Assembly (NCBI GenBank): GCA_021817325.1
Contig: JAKAVK010000022.1
Span: forward strand, 1,077 to 65,076
Direction of reading: 5' to 3'
From: Candidatus Micrarchaeota archaeon
GTDB lineage: Archaea; Micrarchaeota; Micrarchaeia; Micrarchaeales; CABMGC01
Length of the DNA stretch: 64,000 nucleotides
Shown: positions 43,317 to 53,604 of the stretch, in pieces
Layout: the number at the start of each line of letters is the position of its first letter
How positions within the stretch are numbered: position 1 is the first letter of the stretch
Notes under the pieces: generated by a model
Told to the model about the DNA's origin: nothing
Databases searched by the model: none
Seen by the model: the letters and a program-made list of their open reading frames with translations, nothing else
Translations under genes and position numbers: made by a program

Positions 43317-43751
43317 ATGGCTAATGAAGAGAAGATGGTTATCCGTCAGGTAAACAGGCCGGCAAAGGAAGATGCAGATACGCTTGTTTTGTGGTTTCTG
43401 CAGTCTTTCGATTTGTCGGACAGCAAGAACAGCTTAGAACCGGTGATGTTAAAGGAGATCATCAATCGCAGCGTAAGTGGCAAGGGCGTAACAAGCAAGG
43501 AGCTCAACAGCAAACTTGCGACGCCCAGAACAACGGTGATATACCACCTCAACAGATTCATATATTCTGGACTGGTTGTGAGGAAGGGGAGGCGGTATTT
43601 TCTCAGGGCCACGAACATGGAGGGCACGCTCGAGGAGATGCAGGCAGACATGATGCGCGAATTCGGACGGCTCATGGCGTTTGCAGAGAAGTTGGATCAG
43701 TTAATGGAAGTGAGTTATCATGGCAGGAGAAGAGAGCAGAGAAGGCAATAA
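43317..43751 (+). CDS. winged-helix DNA-binding protein, first gene of the grpE-dnaK-dnaJ operon
   Basis: Trimmed from track ORF 43263. 'GVTSKELNSKLATPRTTVIYHLNRFIYSGLVVRKGRRYFL' is wHTH-like. Its 3' end overlaps the grpE start by 32 nt. Confidence 0.55.
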   Translation: MANEEKMVIRQVNRPAKEDADTLVLWFLQSFDLSDSKNSLEPVMLKEIINRSVSGKGVTSKELNSKLATPRTTVIYHLNRFIYSGLVVRKGRRYFLRATNMEGTLEEMQADMMREFGRLMAFAEKLDQLMEVSYHGRRREQRRQ

Positions 43752-44298
43752 CAATGCTGAAGGCCTAGATGCCGCTGCAGCCGGATCAAAGGGGCAGCAG
43801 ACCGAGGAAGATGGCGGATCTGAAGAGCTCAGGGAGAGGCTGCTTAGGCTTGCTGCAGAATTTGACAATTACAAGAAGAGGACATTGAAGCAGATGGAAG
43901 GTGCAAAGGATATGGGCAAGGCGGAGATAATGGCAAAGCTGCTGCCCACGCTTGACGAGTTTGAGCTGGCATTATCTTCGAAGAGCAGCGATGGGGATCA
44001 CTACAAAGGCATGGAGCTGGTCTTCTCCAACCTGATGAGCGCACTGAAGTCGTGCGGCCTGAGCCAGATAAGCTCGACGGGAAAGTTTGACCCATACAGG
44101 CATGAGATACTGCTCGCCAAAGAGAGCGAGAAGCCCGAAGGTACCATACTCGAAGTGGTAAGGAAGGGGTACATGCTAAACAACATGATGCTTAGGCCCG
44201 CTTCGGTGATCGTATCGAAGAGCATGGCCGATGAAGAGAGAAAGGAAAAGAAAAATGATACTGATAAGACGAGCGAAAACAAAGGTGAACAAAAATGA
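43720..44298 (+). CDS. grpE: nucleotide exchange factor GrpE
   Basis: '[19 protein letters not shown]', '[11 protein letters not shown]' and '[10 protein letters not shown]...[20 protein letters not shown]'. Confidence 0.88.
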   Translation: MAGEESREGNNNAEGLDAAAAGSKGQQTEEDGGSEELRERLLRLAAEFDNYKKRTLKQMEGAKDMGKAEIMAKLLPTLDEFELALSSKSSDGDHYKGMELVFSNLMSALKSCGLSQISSTGKFDPYRHEILLAKESEKPEGTILEVVRKGYMLNNMMLRPASVIVSKSMADEERKEKKNDTDKTSENKGEQK

Positions 44299-46169
44299 CC
44301 AAGATTATAGGCATAGACCTAGGTACATCAAATAGCGCAGCTGCAGTACTTGAAGGAGGCAGACCGGCACTCGTACCAAGTGCGGAAGGCACATCGCTTT
44401 ATGGGAAATCCTTCCCGAGTTATGTTGCATTCACTAAGGATGGGCAGCGTTTGGTTGGTGAGCCTGCGAAGAGGCAGGCTGTGGCTAATCCCGAAGGCAC
44501 CATCAGTGCTTTCAAGAGGAAGATGGGTACCAGCTTCAAGTACAGCATAATGGGCAAGGATTACACGCCGCAGGAACTCTCAGCGATACTGCTACAGAAG
44601 ATAAAGAAGGATTCTGAGGCATTTCTTGGCGAGGAGGTGAAGCAGGCGGTCATAACCGTGCCGGCTTACTTTGACGACAACCAGCGGCAGGCCACAAAGG
44701 ACGCAGGGGAGATAGCCGGACTTGAGGTTGTAAGGCTTGTCAACGAGCCTACAGCTGCAGCGCTGGCATATGGCGTTGACAAGACCGGAAAGGACATGAA
44801 GATACTCGTCTATGATTTCGGGGGCGGTACGCTCGATGTAACGATAATGGAGTTCGGAAAGGGAGTCTTCGAGGTGAAATCGACCAACGGAGACACGCAG
44901 CTTGGAGGAACTGACATGGACAATGCGATAGTCAAGTTCCTAGTGGACGAGATAAAGAAGCAGGCTGGAGTGGACATAAGCAACGACAGGCAGGCTATGC
45001 AGAGGCTCAGGGAAGCTGGAGAGAGGGCCAAGATAGAGCTCTCCAACACGCTCACAAGCGAGATAAATCTGCCATTCCTCACTATGGGGCCTGGAAACGC
45101 CCCGGTCCACTTCACCTATTCCCTCACAAGGGCGAAGCTGGAGGATATAGTACTGCCAATAGTGGAGAAGACCACGAAGCCGGTAATGCAGGCGCTCAAG
45201 GACGCAAAGCTCGAACCAAAGGACATAGAGAAGATAATACTTGTCGGAGGGCCAACCAGGATGCCGATTGTGCAAAGATACGTTGAGCAGCTGCTCGGCA
45301 AGAAGATAGAGCGCGGCGTAGATCCGATGGAAGCCGTGGCCTTCGGCGCGGCGATACAGGCAGGGGTTCTGACGGGCGAGGTCAAGGACATAGTGCTTCT
45401 CGATGTGACGCCCCTATCGCTTGGACTAGAGACGCTGGGGGGCGTTATGACCAAGCTGATAGAAAAGAACACGACAATACCGATAAAGAAGACGCAGGTA
45501 TTCACAACCGCAGAGGACAGCCAGTCTGCGGTAGACATACACATACTGCAGGGCGAGAGGCCGATGGCAAAGGACAATATAGAGCTGGGGAGGTTCCAGC
45601 TAACAGGCATACCGCCGGCAAGGAGGGGAACGCCGCAGATAGAGGTCACATACGACATAGACTCCAATGGCATACTCCACGTTACTGCAAAGGACAAGGC
45701 TACAGGGAAGGAACAGAACATGCAGGTGGTTGCACCAAACAAGATGTCTAGGGACGACATAGAGAAGAAAATAAAAGAGGCCGAGCAGTTTGCAGAGGAA
45801 GACAAGAAAGCCTATGCGAACGTGGAGGTCAGGAACGAGGCTGAGTCGCTGGTGTACAGCACCGAGCACTCGCTAAAGGAGTTCAAGGACAAGATACCTG
45901 CGGATGTCGCAAAGAAGATAGAGGATGCAAAGGCGAAGCTTCAGGAAGCCGTAGACAAGGATGATACGGATGCTATCAGGTCTGGAATAGACAACCTCAA
46001 GCAGGCGCTCCAGGACATAGGCGCGAGTGTATATGGCCAGGGTGCAGGCGGGGGTTCGGGTTCAGGGCCAGGACCCGACCAGAATGCAGGGCCGTCTCCA
46101 GGGCAGGAGGGAGGGGGCGGAGGCGGACCGGATGACTCGGTGAATGCAGACTTCAAGGTAAACAAGTAG
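44295..46169 (+). CDS. dnaK: molecular chaperone DnaK (Hsp70)
   Basis: '[15 protein letters not shown]', '[20 protein letters not shown]' and '[15 protein letters not shown]'. An ATGA overlap links it to the grpE stop, and GGTGA lies upstream. Confidence 0.96.
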   Translation: MTKIIGIDLGTSNSAAAVLEGGRPALVPSAEGTSLYGKSFPSYVAFTKDGQRLVGEPAKRQAVANPEGTISAFKRKMGTSFKYSIMGKDYTPQELSAILLQKIKKDSEAFLGEEVKQAVITVPAYFDDNQRQATKDAGEIAGLEVVRLVNEPTAAALAYGVDKTGKDMKILVYDFGGGTLDVTIMEFGKGVFEVKSTNGDTQLGGTDMDNAIVKFLVDEIKKQAGVDISNDRQAMQRLREAGERAKIELSNTLTSEINLPFLTMGPGNAPVHFTYSLTRAKLEDIVLPIVEKTTKPVMQALKDAKLEPKDIEKIILVGGPTRMPIVQRYVEQLLGKKIERGVDPMEAVAFGAAIQAGVLTGEVKDIVLLDVTPLSLGLETLGGVMTKLIEKNTTIPIKKTQVFTTAEDSQSAVDIHILQGERPMAKDNIELGRFQLTGIPPARRGTPQIEVTYDIDSNGILHVTAKDKATGKEQNMQVVAPNKMSRDDIEKKIKEAEQFAEEDKKAYANVEVRNEAESLVYSTEHSLKEFKDKIPADVAKKIEDAKAKLQEAVDKDDTDAIRSGIDNLKQALQDIGASVYGQGAGGGSGSGPGPDQNAGPSPGQEGGGGGGPDDSVNADFKVNK

Positions 46170-46181
46170 AAGTAGATTGTG

Positions 46182-47306
46182 ATGACAAGGGACTATTACG
46201 AAGTCCTGGGCGTTCAAAGAGATGCCAGTCTTGACGACATCAAGAAGGCTTACCGCGAGCTCGCGCTGAAACTGCATCCGGACAGGAACAAGACAAAGGA
46301 GGCTGAGGAGCAGTTCAAGGAGGTCAACGAGGCATACGCGGTGCTCAGCGACGAGCAGAAGAGGAGGAAGTATGATATGGTCGGTCCGGAGAGATTCGGC
46401 CAGTCTTACAGCGAGGAGGAGATCTTCAGGAACGTCAACTTCGACCAGATCTTCAGGGACCTTGGGATAAACATAAACTTTGGTTTTGGCGGAGGCTTTG
46501 GGGACGACGACATAATGAGCGGCTTCTTCGGAAATGCAAGGAGAGGGGAGGTGGGACAGAGCGTATTGCGCAGGATGGAACTCTCCCTGGAAGAGATAGC
46601 TAGGGGAACGCAGAAGGAGATAAGCATAAGGCACGTCAAGAGATGCGAGAGGTGCGCAGGCACAGGAGGAGAGCCGGGCTCGAAGCTTGTCAGGTGCCAG
46701 AAATGCAACGGGACTGGAAACGTCAATACGGTCAGGGACACATTTTTCGGCAGGATGCAGACCGTAACAGTCTGCGACAGGTGCGGAGGGAGAGGCAGAC
46801 TCTATGACAAGAAGTGCAGGAGTTGCGGTGGAAGGGGAGGGGTGGTTGCGACTGAGAATGTCACGGTGACGATCCCTGCAGGCATATACAACGGGGCGAG
46901 GCTGAGGCTGGCCGGAATGGGAGATTATGGGAAGGACGGCAGTGGTGACCTGTTGATAGAGATCATCGAGCAGAAGCACCCGCAGTTCCAGCGCGATGGG
47001 GATGATATCATTGCAACAGTAAGCGTGCCATTCTACACTGCCATACTCGGCGGAACTATAGCAGTGCCGACCCTGACCGATGGTGCTAGGGAGATGATGC
47101 TCGAGCCTGGCACGCAACAGGGAAGGAAGATTGTTATAAAGGGTGCCGGCATAAGGCGCCTGCGGGGAGGCGGCAACGGCGACGAGATCGCCATAATAAA
47201 TATAGAGATGCCAAGATCGGTAAATGGCGAGGAGCGCTCGCTCCTTGAGAAGTTCAGGGACCTTCAGGGAGGAGGGCCGGGAAAGAAGAGGTTCGGTGTC
47301 ATATAG
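46182..47306 (+). CDS. dnaJ: co-chaperone DnaJ (type I)
   Basis: The J domain is '[33 protein letters not shown]'. A G/F region follows, then four CxxCxGxG repeats ('CERCAGTGG', 'CQKCNGTG', 'CDRCGGRG', 'CRSCGGRG'). Confidence 0.92.
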   Translation: MTRDYYEVLGVQRDASLDDIKKAYRELALKLHPDRNKTKEAEEQFKEVNEAYAVLSDEQKRRKYDMVGPERFGQSYSEEEIFRNVNFDQIFRDLGININFGFGGGFGDDDIMSGFFGNARRGEVGQSVLRRMELSLEEIARGTQKEISIRHVKRCERCAGTGGEPGSKLVRCQKCNGTGNVNTVRDTFFGRMQTVTVCDRCGGRGRLYDKKCRSCGGRGGVVATENVTVTIPAGIYNGARLRLAGMGDYGKDGSGDLLIEIIEQKHPQFQRDGDDIIATVSVPFYTAILGGTIAVPTLTDGAREMMLEPGTQQGRKIVIKGAGIRRLRGGGNGDEIAIINIEMPRSVNGEERSLLEKFRDLQGGGPGKKRFGVI

Positions 47307-47398
47307 AAAGCCGGCCGGCGTGGTCTTACAATGGAAACCATGGATGCCGCAGGATGGTTATTAAAGATTGCATATTGATGCTACTATGAGGCGGGCTT

Positions 47399-48166
47399 GT
47401 GTCTCAGTTCTCCCAGACCATGGTACGCACAAGGCAGGATATGATAAGAGGCAGCATGACAGATGCGCACTGCCACCTTGACCTCTTCGATGCGCCGGCA
47501 AAGATCGTTGAAGAAGCAACGGGCAGGGGAGTGGACCTTATAATAACCGCAGGGGGCAGTGGAAAGGGAAACGCAGGCACCTGGAATCTCTCCCGCCTGC
47601 CGCATGTCTATGGCGTGATAGGCATAGACCCCGGCTCGGCGAATGAGGATGACGGGTACTTCGATGAACTTGAGATCATGGTGAAGGGCAATGACAAGAT
47701 AGTGGGCCTTGGCGAGATCGGCCTTGATGCGACAGTGGAGAACTCCGCGGCCGCATACAGGCAGGTTGAGGTGTTCGAAAGACAGCTTGAAATCGCAAGG
47801 AGGCTTGAGATGCCAGTCGTGATACACTCGCGCAAGAGGCTTGATGAGGTAGTAGGCATGCTTGTTGAGAAGAGGATGCCGCGCGTCATGTTCCATTTCT
47901 TTGAAGGCGATGAGAAGGAGGCCGCGGAGCTGGCTGGGCGTGGCTGGCTCCTCTCCATCCCTCCAGCGGAATCCGGAAAGAGGAAAAGGATTATAAACGA
48001 GATAGAACTAAGTAACATAGTAACGGAGACCGATTCGCCAGTCGTAGGAAAGACGCCTGCAGATGTTTTCCAGGTTATAGATTATATTGCGAGAATAAAG
48101 AATGTAAGCCCAGTAGAGGTTGCCGAACAGACAACGAAAAACGTAAAAGGCTTCTTCGGCATATGA
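47399..48166 (+). CDS. TatD-family metal-dependent hydrolase/DNase
   Basis: 'DAHCHLD', 'GEIGLD', 'PVVIHSR' and 'FHFF'. GTG start; internal Met at 47459 is an alternative. Confidence 0.78.
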   Translation: MSQFSQTMVRTRQDMIRGSMTDAHCHLDLFDAPAKIVEEATGRGVDLIITAGGSGKGNAGTWNLSRLPHVYGVIGIDPGSANEDDGYFDELEIMVKGNDKIVGLGEIGLDATVENSAAAYRQVEVFERQLEIARRLEMPVVIHSRKRLDEVVGMLVEKRMPRVMFHFFEGDEKEAAELAGRGWLLSIPPAESGKRKRIINEIELSNIVTETDSPVVGKTPADVFQVIDYIARIKNVSPVEVAEQTTKNVKGFFGI

Positions 48167-48173
48167 TGCTTAC

Positions 48174-48270
48174 GGGCCCGTAGCTCAGCTTGGATAGAGC
48201 GGCAGACTTCTAATCTGATGGTCACGGGTTCAAAAGTGCTTGAAAAAGCCTGAAAATCCCGTCGGGCCCG
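48174..48270 (+). tRNA. tRNA-Arg (anticodon UCU) with a 22-nt intron in the T loop (59/60)
   Basis: Hand-folded as GGGCCCG/UA/GCUC/AGCUUGGAUA/GAGC/G/GCAGA/CUUCUAA/UCUGA/UGGUC/ACGGG/[UUCAAA + intron + U]/CCCGU/CGGGCCC/G. There is one G27.A43 mismatch. No CCA is encoded. Confidence 0.8.
48235..48256 (+). other. tRNA-Arg intron (BHB-bounded)
   Basis: The 4-bp helix UUCA (48229-32)/UGAA (48251-54) is flanked by bulges AAA (48233-35) and AAU (48255-57). The inner helix is G48236-C48250 plus GCUU (48238-41)/AAGC (48246-49), closed by a GAAA tetraloop. Confidence 0.7.
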
Positions 48271-48293
48271 CATACCCACATGAGGTTTGACAT

Positions 48294-48560
48294 ATGGCAG
48301 ATAATAAAAAATTTGACGAACAGATAACCCAGATAAGGCAGCAGATAGACATCTTGCTGAACGACAATAGCGTGCCGAGAAACGTAAAGACTGCGCTTGA
48401 GCAGGCGAAAGCCGCGCTGGGAGAGGACACCGACTACTCTGTTAAGGCATCGGCTGCGACATACAAGATCGACGAGGTCAGCAATGACATAAACCTTCCA
48501 CCGTATGCCAGGAGCGTGATCTGGAATATACTCAGCATGCTTGAATCGATAAAGGAGTAG
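48294..48560 (+). CDS. small helical archaeal protein, UPF0147-like
   Basis: 'NDNSVPRNVKTALEQAKAAL' matches my memory of the UPF0147 signature (D.SVPRN[IV]R.A). 88 aa. Confidence 0.55.
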   Translation: MADNKKFDEQITQIRQQIDILLNDNSVPRNVKTALEQAKAALGEDTDYSVKASAATYKIDEVSNDINLPPYARSVIWNILSMLESIKE

Positions 48561-48578
48561 CAGCAGAGTTTCTGATGA

Positions 48579-50150
48579 TTGCGGGTGCGGTGCACTGGCA
48601 TCGTACCCGATTTGCGTGGTGGGAATGTGTCTGAGAACCAGCTTACCGTTGAATTGGCTAATAGGCTTAGCGGCAAGGTGGTAGTCAGCTCCGACATCTC
48701 TGATTCTGACCTTGTAGGGCTCGACCTTGAGGCCCTGACAGGCAAGATTGTAAGCTTCTTCGAGCCACTCGAGGGCATGAAGCTTCTTGGAAGGGAAGAG
48801 CTTGTGAAGATAAAGGAGAGCCTTGCGGTGGAGAAGGAGCCGGTACAGGTGGAGATAATCAGGGAGACCGACTTCAAGCCCCTTGCAAAGGAGATAGACA
48901 GCAAGTATAGCTTCAAGAACTTCGATGTCGAGATGGCTGGCGTTACGGTAAACGACTTCGCCGCCTATTTCAATGACAGGCTTGACAGGTTGCGCGGAGT
49001 GATAGAGAGCGGCAGGGGTGCTAATTTTGGGGGCATGATAAGAAACATAGAGAGTGTCAAGCAGTATGCGGACGGCAGGGAGGTGGGCATCATAGGCATG
49101 GTCTATGACAAGATAATAACGAAGAATGGCCATGTGCTGATAACATTGGAGGACCAGACCGGATCGGCAAAAGTCCTGTTCATAAGGCCGGAAAAGAACG
49201 GCAGGCCTGAGCTTGCACGGCTCTTCTCATCTGCGGAGAGGATAGTAATGGATGAGGTCCTTGCGGTGAAGGGGAAGATATCCGGGCCATTCATAATCGC
49301 AAACACAATACTCTGGCCAGACGTACCGATCAGGACAAGGAAACAGACGGAAGAAGATATCGCCATCGCATTCACTTCGGACATACACGTGGGCAGCAAG
49401 CTCTTCATGGAGAAACAGTTTGGCAAGTTTCTGAAATGGATAAATGGGGAGATAGATTACAGGAGGGACCTTGCGGGCAAGATAAAGTACGTTGTGGCAA
49501 GCGGCGACCTGGTAGATGGGATTGGGGTGTATCCAAATCAGGACAAGGAACTCAGCGTGCCGGATATATACAAGCAATATTCCATGCTGTTCGACCTGAT
49601 ATCCAAAATACCAGATTACATACATGTCTTCCTGCTTACGGGCAACCACGACGCGGTGAGGCTGGCAGAGCCACAGCCCGCGCTGACCGATGAGCTGATA
49701 GGCGATTTCAAGCAGAGCAACATACATTTCCTCTCCAACCCTGCAAGGATGACACTTGGAGGGCTCAAGATTATAGGCAATCATGGCACGACTCTGGATT
49801 CGATAATACAGAGCATACCGGGATGCAGTTACAGCAGGCCTGAAGGAGCAATGATAGAGGTGCTCAAGAGGAGGCATATTTCGCCGATTTACGGCGACAA
49901 CCCGATAGTGCCTGGAAAGAAGGACCAGATGGTGATAGACGAAGTGCCCGATGTACTGCACATGGGGCACGTGCACAAGAACGGCTACGCAGACTACCAC
50001 GGTACGCTCATAGTCAACGGAGGGACTTGGCAGGCAAGGACCAGCTACCAGATAAAGCTGGGCCATGTGCCGAGCCCGGCTCTGCTGCCTGTCTATGAGG
50101 CGAAGAGCATGAACCTCTCAAGCGTGGACTTCAATGACATAGGGAGCTAG
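48579..50150 (+). CDS. polB: DNA polymerase II (PolD) small subunit DP1
   Basis: Calcineurin-like phosphoesterase motifs are 'IAFTSDIHVGS', 'VVASGDLVDG', 'LLTGNHD' and 'LHMGHVH'. An OB-fold region lies upstream of them. The start is uncertain: TTG 48579, or GTG 48627 with GGTGGG upstream. Confidence 0.88.
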   Translation: MRVRCTGIVPDLRGGNVSENQLTVELANRLSGKVVVSSDISDSDLVGLDLEALTGKIVSFFEPLEGMKLLGREELVKIKESLAVEKEPVQVEIIRETDFKPLAKEIDSKYSFKNFDVEMAGVTVNDFAAYFNDRLDRLRGVIESGRGANFGGMIRNIESVKQYADGREVGIIGMVYDKIITKNGHVLITLEDQTGSAKVLFIRPEKNGRPELARLFSSAERIVMDEVLAVKGKISGPFIIANTILWPDVPIRTRKQTEEDIAIAFTSDIHVGSKLFMEKQFGKFLKWINGEIDYRRDLAGKIKYVVASGDLVDGIGVYPNQDKELSVPDIYKQYSMLFDLISKIPDYIHVFLLTGNHDAVRLAEPQPALTDELIGDFKQSNIHFLSNPARMTLGGLKIIGNHGTTLDSIIQSIPGCSYSRPEGAMIEVLKRRHISPIYGDNPIVPGKKDQMVIDEVPDVLHMGHVHKNGYADYHGTLIVNGGTWQARTSYQIKLGHVPSPALLPVYEAKSMNLSSVDFNDIGS

Positions 50151-50159
50151 GCGTTTGCA

Positions 50160-53100
50160 ATGGATATTGATTCTTACTTCGAGATGCTTTCAGGCCGCTT
50201 TGATGAGGTGTACAAGATTGCGGAGGCGGCACGTGCAAGAGGCTACGACCCGAGGACCTACGTCGAGATAAAGCCCGCTCCAGACCTTGCGTCAAGGGTA
50301 GAGGGGCTGACCAACATCGATGGCATAGGAGAGCTGATACGCAAGGCATCGTCGGGGCAGTCCAGGACAAAGCTCGCATTCGCAGTGGTCAGGGAACTAT
50401 GCACGGACAACATGTTCGCAGAGCAGGAGACGATAAAGAGGATAGAGATTGCGGTCAAGGTGGGGACGGCGATACTTACCGAGGGCATATTGGTAGCGCC
50501 GACAGAAGGGATACAGACAGTGAAGGGCTACAAGAATTCTGACAATACTGACTACATAGCGATCTCCTACGCAGGGCCCATACGCGGAGCTGGAGGGACC
50601 GCGGCCGCGCTTTCCGTGGCGCTGGCAGACTATGCACGCAAGCTCTTTGGCATAGGCGCATACAAGCCCACGCAGGATGAGATAGAGAGGTATGTTGAGG
50701 AGACGGAGCTGTACCATACCAGAGCCGCGCGACTCCAGTACAGACCGCCTGACGATGATGTTAGGGTAATAGTAGGCAACTGTCCGGTATGCATAGACGG
50801 CGTGCCAACCGAACAGATAGAGGTAGGAGTGCATGGAAACCTCAAGAGGCTGGGACTCGACGGCAAGGAGATACCCATAACAAACAAGGTGCGTGGAGGC
50901 GTGGCACTTGTGGTATGCGAGGGCATAGCGCAGAAGGCAAAGAAGCTCCTCAAGGAGGTCAAGTCGCAGGGGCTCGACTGGGACTGGCTAAACAACATAA
51001 TAAAGGTGGATGTTAAGAAAAGTGATGCCAGGAGTGGAGACACCAAAAAGTCCAGTGTCTTTCTCGAGGATCTTGCTGCAGGAAGGCCGATACTCGCATA
51101 TCCGAGCATGCAGGGGGGATTCAGGCTTAGATACGGAAGGAGCAGGTTCACTGGCATAGCCGCAAAGGGATTCCATCCGGCAACCATGGTGATCACCAAC
51201 AACTTTGTTGCATTAGGTACACAGCTGAAGGTGGAGATGCCTGGCAAGGGATGCGTCGCACTGCCCGTGGATTCCATAGAGGGGCCTTTCGTAGTGCTGC
51301 AATCGGGCGAGGCGCTGCGAATCAGCGATAGCGACACGGCCATGCAGGCGCGTGATCAGATAAAGGAGGTGCTCTCGATGGGAGACATCCTTGTCACCTA
51401 CGGCGATTTCAAGAAGTCAAATACGCAGATGCTGCCGAGCAGCTATGTGGAGGAGCTGTGGGCACAGCAGGTCGGCAAATATATCCATGGCTTTGACAAG
51501 ACTGACGTCAGCTTCAGTGAGGCATATAGAATCTCCTTGGAGCATGGGGTTCCAATGCATCCCAAGTACCTGTACGAATTCAATTCGGTCAGTACCGATG
51601 CCATAAAAGAACTCTCCCTCTGGCTCGGGTCGGAAATGCCACATGCTGACAGCATATTCGCAGTAAACGAACTGGCTGCCGATGCCTTAGGAGGAGTGAA
51701 GAGGACTCTGGAACTACTCAATGTGCCGCATAAGATCGCTGATGGCAAGATACGGATAGAGAATGAATATGCGCAGAGCCTGCTCGCATCCCTTGGCTTT
51801 GCATCGGGGATGGACGGTGCGCTCAATGCTAACCCAAATCCATATGCTGATGCAGAAGATGCACTGGCGATGGCCAGCCAGAGGTCCGCATTCAAACTTG
51901 TAAGGCGCTCCACCTTCATAGGCGCCAGGATAGGCAGGCCTGAGAAGGCCAAGGAGCGGCTTATGCAACCTGCCCCGAATGTGTTATTCCCAATAGGCGC
52001 AGACGGGGGGAAGGAACGCAATATTACCAGCGCCTATCTCACCGACTCAAAGAAGTTCAGATCCAGCATAAAGGCAGATATGGCGCGTTATAGGTGCAGG
52101 AGCTGCAAGCGGGTGATTGACGGGCAATTCTGCTACGACTGCGGGAAGAGAACGTATGTGGAGAGGAAGTGCGTTGACTGCGGCGCAGTGACTGAGAAGA
52201 GAACCTGCAAGGTCTGCAATGGCAAGACCATCGCATATGAGCAGCGTGACATAATGCTGACAAAACTTGTAACTGAAGGGATGAAGAGAACTGGCGTGTC
52301 AAAGCTGCCTCGCATCATGAAGGGCGTAAAGGGCCTGACTAACGAGAGCAAGGTGTCGGAGCCGATAGAGAAGGGCATACTGCGCGCGCTGAATGGAGTC
52401 TACATCTTCAAAGACGGCACCGCAAGATTCGATGCAACTGACGCTCCGCTGACCCATTTCTATCCCAGTGAGGTCGGCGTTGGTGTGGAGAAGCTTAGGG
52501 AGATGGGTTATACAAAGGATTATCTTGGTAACGAGCTGACAGATGCTGGGCAGCTGCTGGAGCTAAGGCACCAGGACGTGGTAGTGAATAGGAGATGCAT
52601 GGAGAACCTGCTCCACATAGCAAACTTCGTAGACGACCTGCTGGAGCGCTTCTACGGGCTGCAGCGCTTCTACAATGCGGCAACTGCAAACGATATGATA
52701 GGCTGCCTGCTTGTCTCACTCTCTCCCCACACCTCATGCGGAGTGCTTAACAGGGTCGTAGGATTCACTGATGCCAATGTGGGCTTCGCGCACCCTTATG
52801 TCATATCGGCCAGGAGGAGGAACTGCGACGGTGATGAGGATACCGTTATGCTGCTTCTCGACGCGCTGATCAACTTCTCCAAGGACTACCTGCCTGAGAG
52901 CGTAGGAGGCACGATGGATACGCCGCTGATCCTGACCCTTAACGTCAAGCCGGAGGAGGTGGACGACGAGGTCCATGCGATGGAGGTCGTGGGATCTTAC
53001 CCGCTCTCTTTCTACGAGAAGAGCCTTGCTTCGGTCTCCCCATCAGAGATAGAGATTGAGATCGTAGAGAGCAGGCTTAAGGACAAATCAGTCTATGACA

Positions 53101-53594
53101 ACATCAGGTTCACTCACAGCTCTTCTGCCGAGGCGCTTGCAAAGTCGCCTAAGAGGAGCAGGTATGTGCAGATGAAGACCATGCAGGAGAAGGTTGATGC
53201 CGAATTCAATCTCATGGACAAGATATACGCAGTAAACAAGAAGGATGCCGCCAGGAGGGTCATAACGAGCCACTTCATACCAGACCTTATAGGCAACCTG
53301 CACTCGTTCTCGCGCCAGACCTTCAGGTGCGGCTCGTGCAATGCTAAGTACAGGAGAGTACCGCTTGTAGGCAAGTGCACAAAGGACGGAGGCAAGCTCC
53401 TGCTTACCATATCGAAAGGGGGTATAGAAAAGTACCTTCAGCTGGCGATAGGCACCGCAGAGCGGTATGATCTGGATCCATACATCAAGCAGCGCCTCTA
53501 TCTGGTCAAGGAGGAGATTGACGGCCTGTTTACGCCCCTCGACACCGGAGTAACTGCGACAGAAGGCCAGTTCAGCCTTACCAGATATATCTGA
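50160..53594 (+). CDS. polC: DNA polymerase II (PolD) large subunit DP2
   Basis: 1144 aa. Cys clusters are 'CRSCKRVIDGQFCYDCG...CVDCG...CKVCNG' and a C-terminal 'FRCGSCNAKYRRVPLVGKCTKDGGKL'. 'RRRNCDGDEDTVMLLLD' is the catalytic acidic block. No intein-sized insertion is seen. Confidence 0.92.
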   Translation: MDIDSYFEMLSGRFDEVYKIAEAARARGYDPRTYVEIKPAPDLASRVEGLTNIDGIGELIRKASSGQSRTKLAFAVVRELCTDNMFAEQETIKRIEIAVKVGTAILTEGILVAPTEGIQTVKGYKNSDNTDYIAISYAGPIRGAGGTAAALSVALADYARKLFGIGAYKPTQDEIERYVEETELYHTRAARLQYRPPDDDVRVIVGNCPVCIDGVPTEQIEVGVHGNLKRLGLDGKEIPITNKVRGGVALVVCEGIAQKAKKLLKEVKSQGLDWDWLNNIIKVDVKKSDARSGDTKKSSVFLEDLAAGRPILAYPSMQGGFRLRYGRSRFTGIAAKGFHPATMVITNNFVALGTQLKVEMPGKGCVALPVDSIEGPFVVLQSGEALRISDSDTAMQARDQIKEVLSMGDILVTYGDFKKSNTQMLPSSYVEELWAQQVGKYIHGFDKTDVSFSEAYRISLEHGVPMHPKYLYEFNSVSTDAIKELSLWLGSEMPHADSIFAVNELAADALGGVKRTLELLNVPHKIADGKIRIENEYAQSLLASLGFASGMDGALNANPNPYADAEDALAMASQRSAFKLVRRSTFIGARIGRPEKAKERLMQPAPNVLFPIGADGGKERNITSAYLTDSKKFRSSIKADMARYRCRSCKRVIDGQFCYDCGKRTYVERKCVDCGAVTEKRTCKVCNGKTIAYEQRDIMLTKLVTEGMKRTGVSKLPRIMKGVKGLTNESKVSEPIEKGILRALNGVYIFKDGTARFDATDAPLTHFYPSEVGVGVEKLREMGYTKDYLGNELTDAGQLLELRHQDVVVNRRCMENLLHIANFVDDLLERFYGLQRFYNAATANDMIGCLLVSLSPHTSCGVLNRVVGFTDANVGFAHPYVISARRRNCDGDEDTVMLLLDALINFSKDYLPESVGGTMDTPLILTLNVKPEEVDDEVHAMEVVGSYPLSFYEKSLASVSPSEIEIEIVESRLKDKSVYDNIRFTHSSSAEALAKSPKRSRYVQMKTMQEKVDAEFNLMDKIYAVNKKDAARRVITSHFIPDLIGNLHSFSRQTFRCGSCNAKYRRVPLVGKCTKDGGKLLLTISKGGIEKYLQLAIGTAERYDLDPYIKQRLYLVKEEIDGLFTPLDTGVTATEGQFSLTRYI

Positions 53595-53604
53595 TAGACA
53601 CCTG

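Noticed and set aside
45116-45805. 229-aa minus ORF inside dnaK
   Set aside because: It is antisense to Hsp70 and its translation is Ser/Cys-rich and low-complexity.
46020-46140. Gly/Pro-rich repeat-like DNA at the dnaK 3' end
   Set aside because: It encodes the usual low-complexity Gly-rich C-terminal tail of Hsp70 ([12 protein letters not shown]...GGGGGGP). It is not a tandem-repeat element.
46062-47117. 351-aa minus-strand ORF, one of the longest in the track
   Set aside because: It is fully antisense to dnaJ, which has the J domain HPD and four CxxCxGxG repeats. Its translation is Arg/Pro/Leu/Ser-rich with no motifs. It is a shadow ORF of a GC-biased codon frame.
48222-50066. Minus-strand ORFs 48222..49133 (303 aa) and 49227..50066 (279 aa)
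   Set aside because: They are antisense to the PolD small subunit, the UPF0147-like gene and tRNA-Arg. The + strand carries clear phosphoesterase motifs. The minus translations are Tyr/His/Leu-rich junk.
50630-52021. Minus ORFs 50630..51343 (237 aa) and 51443..52021 (192 aa)
   Set aside because: They are antisense to the PolD large subunit.
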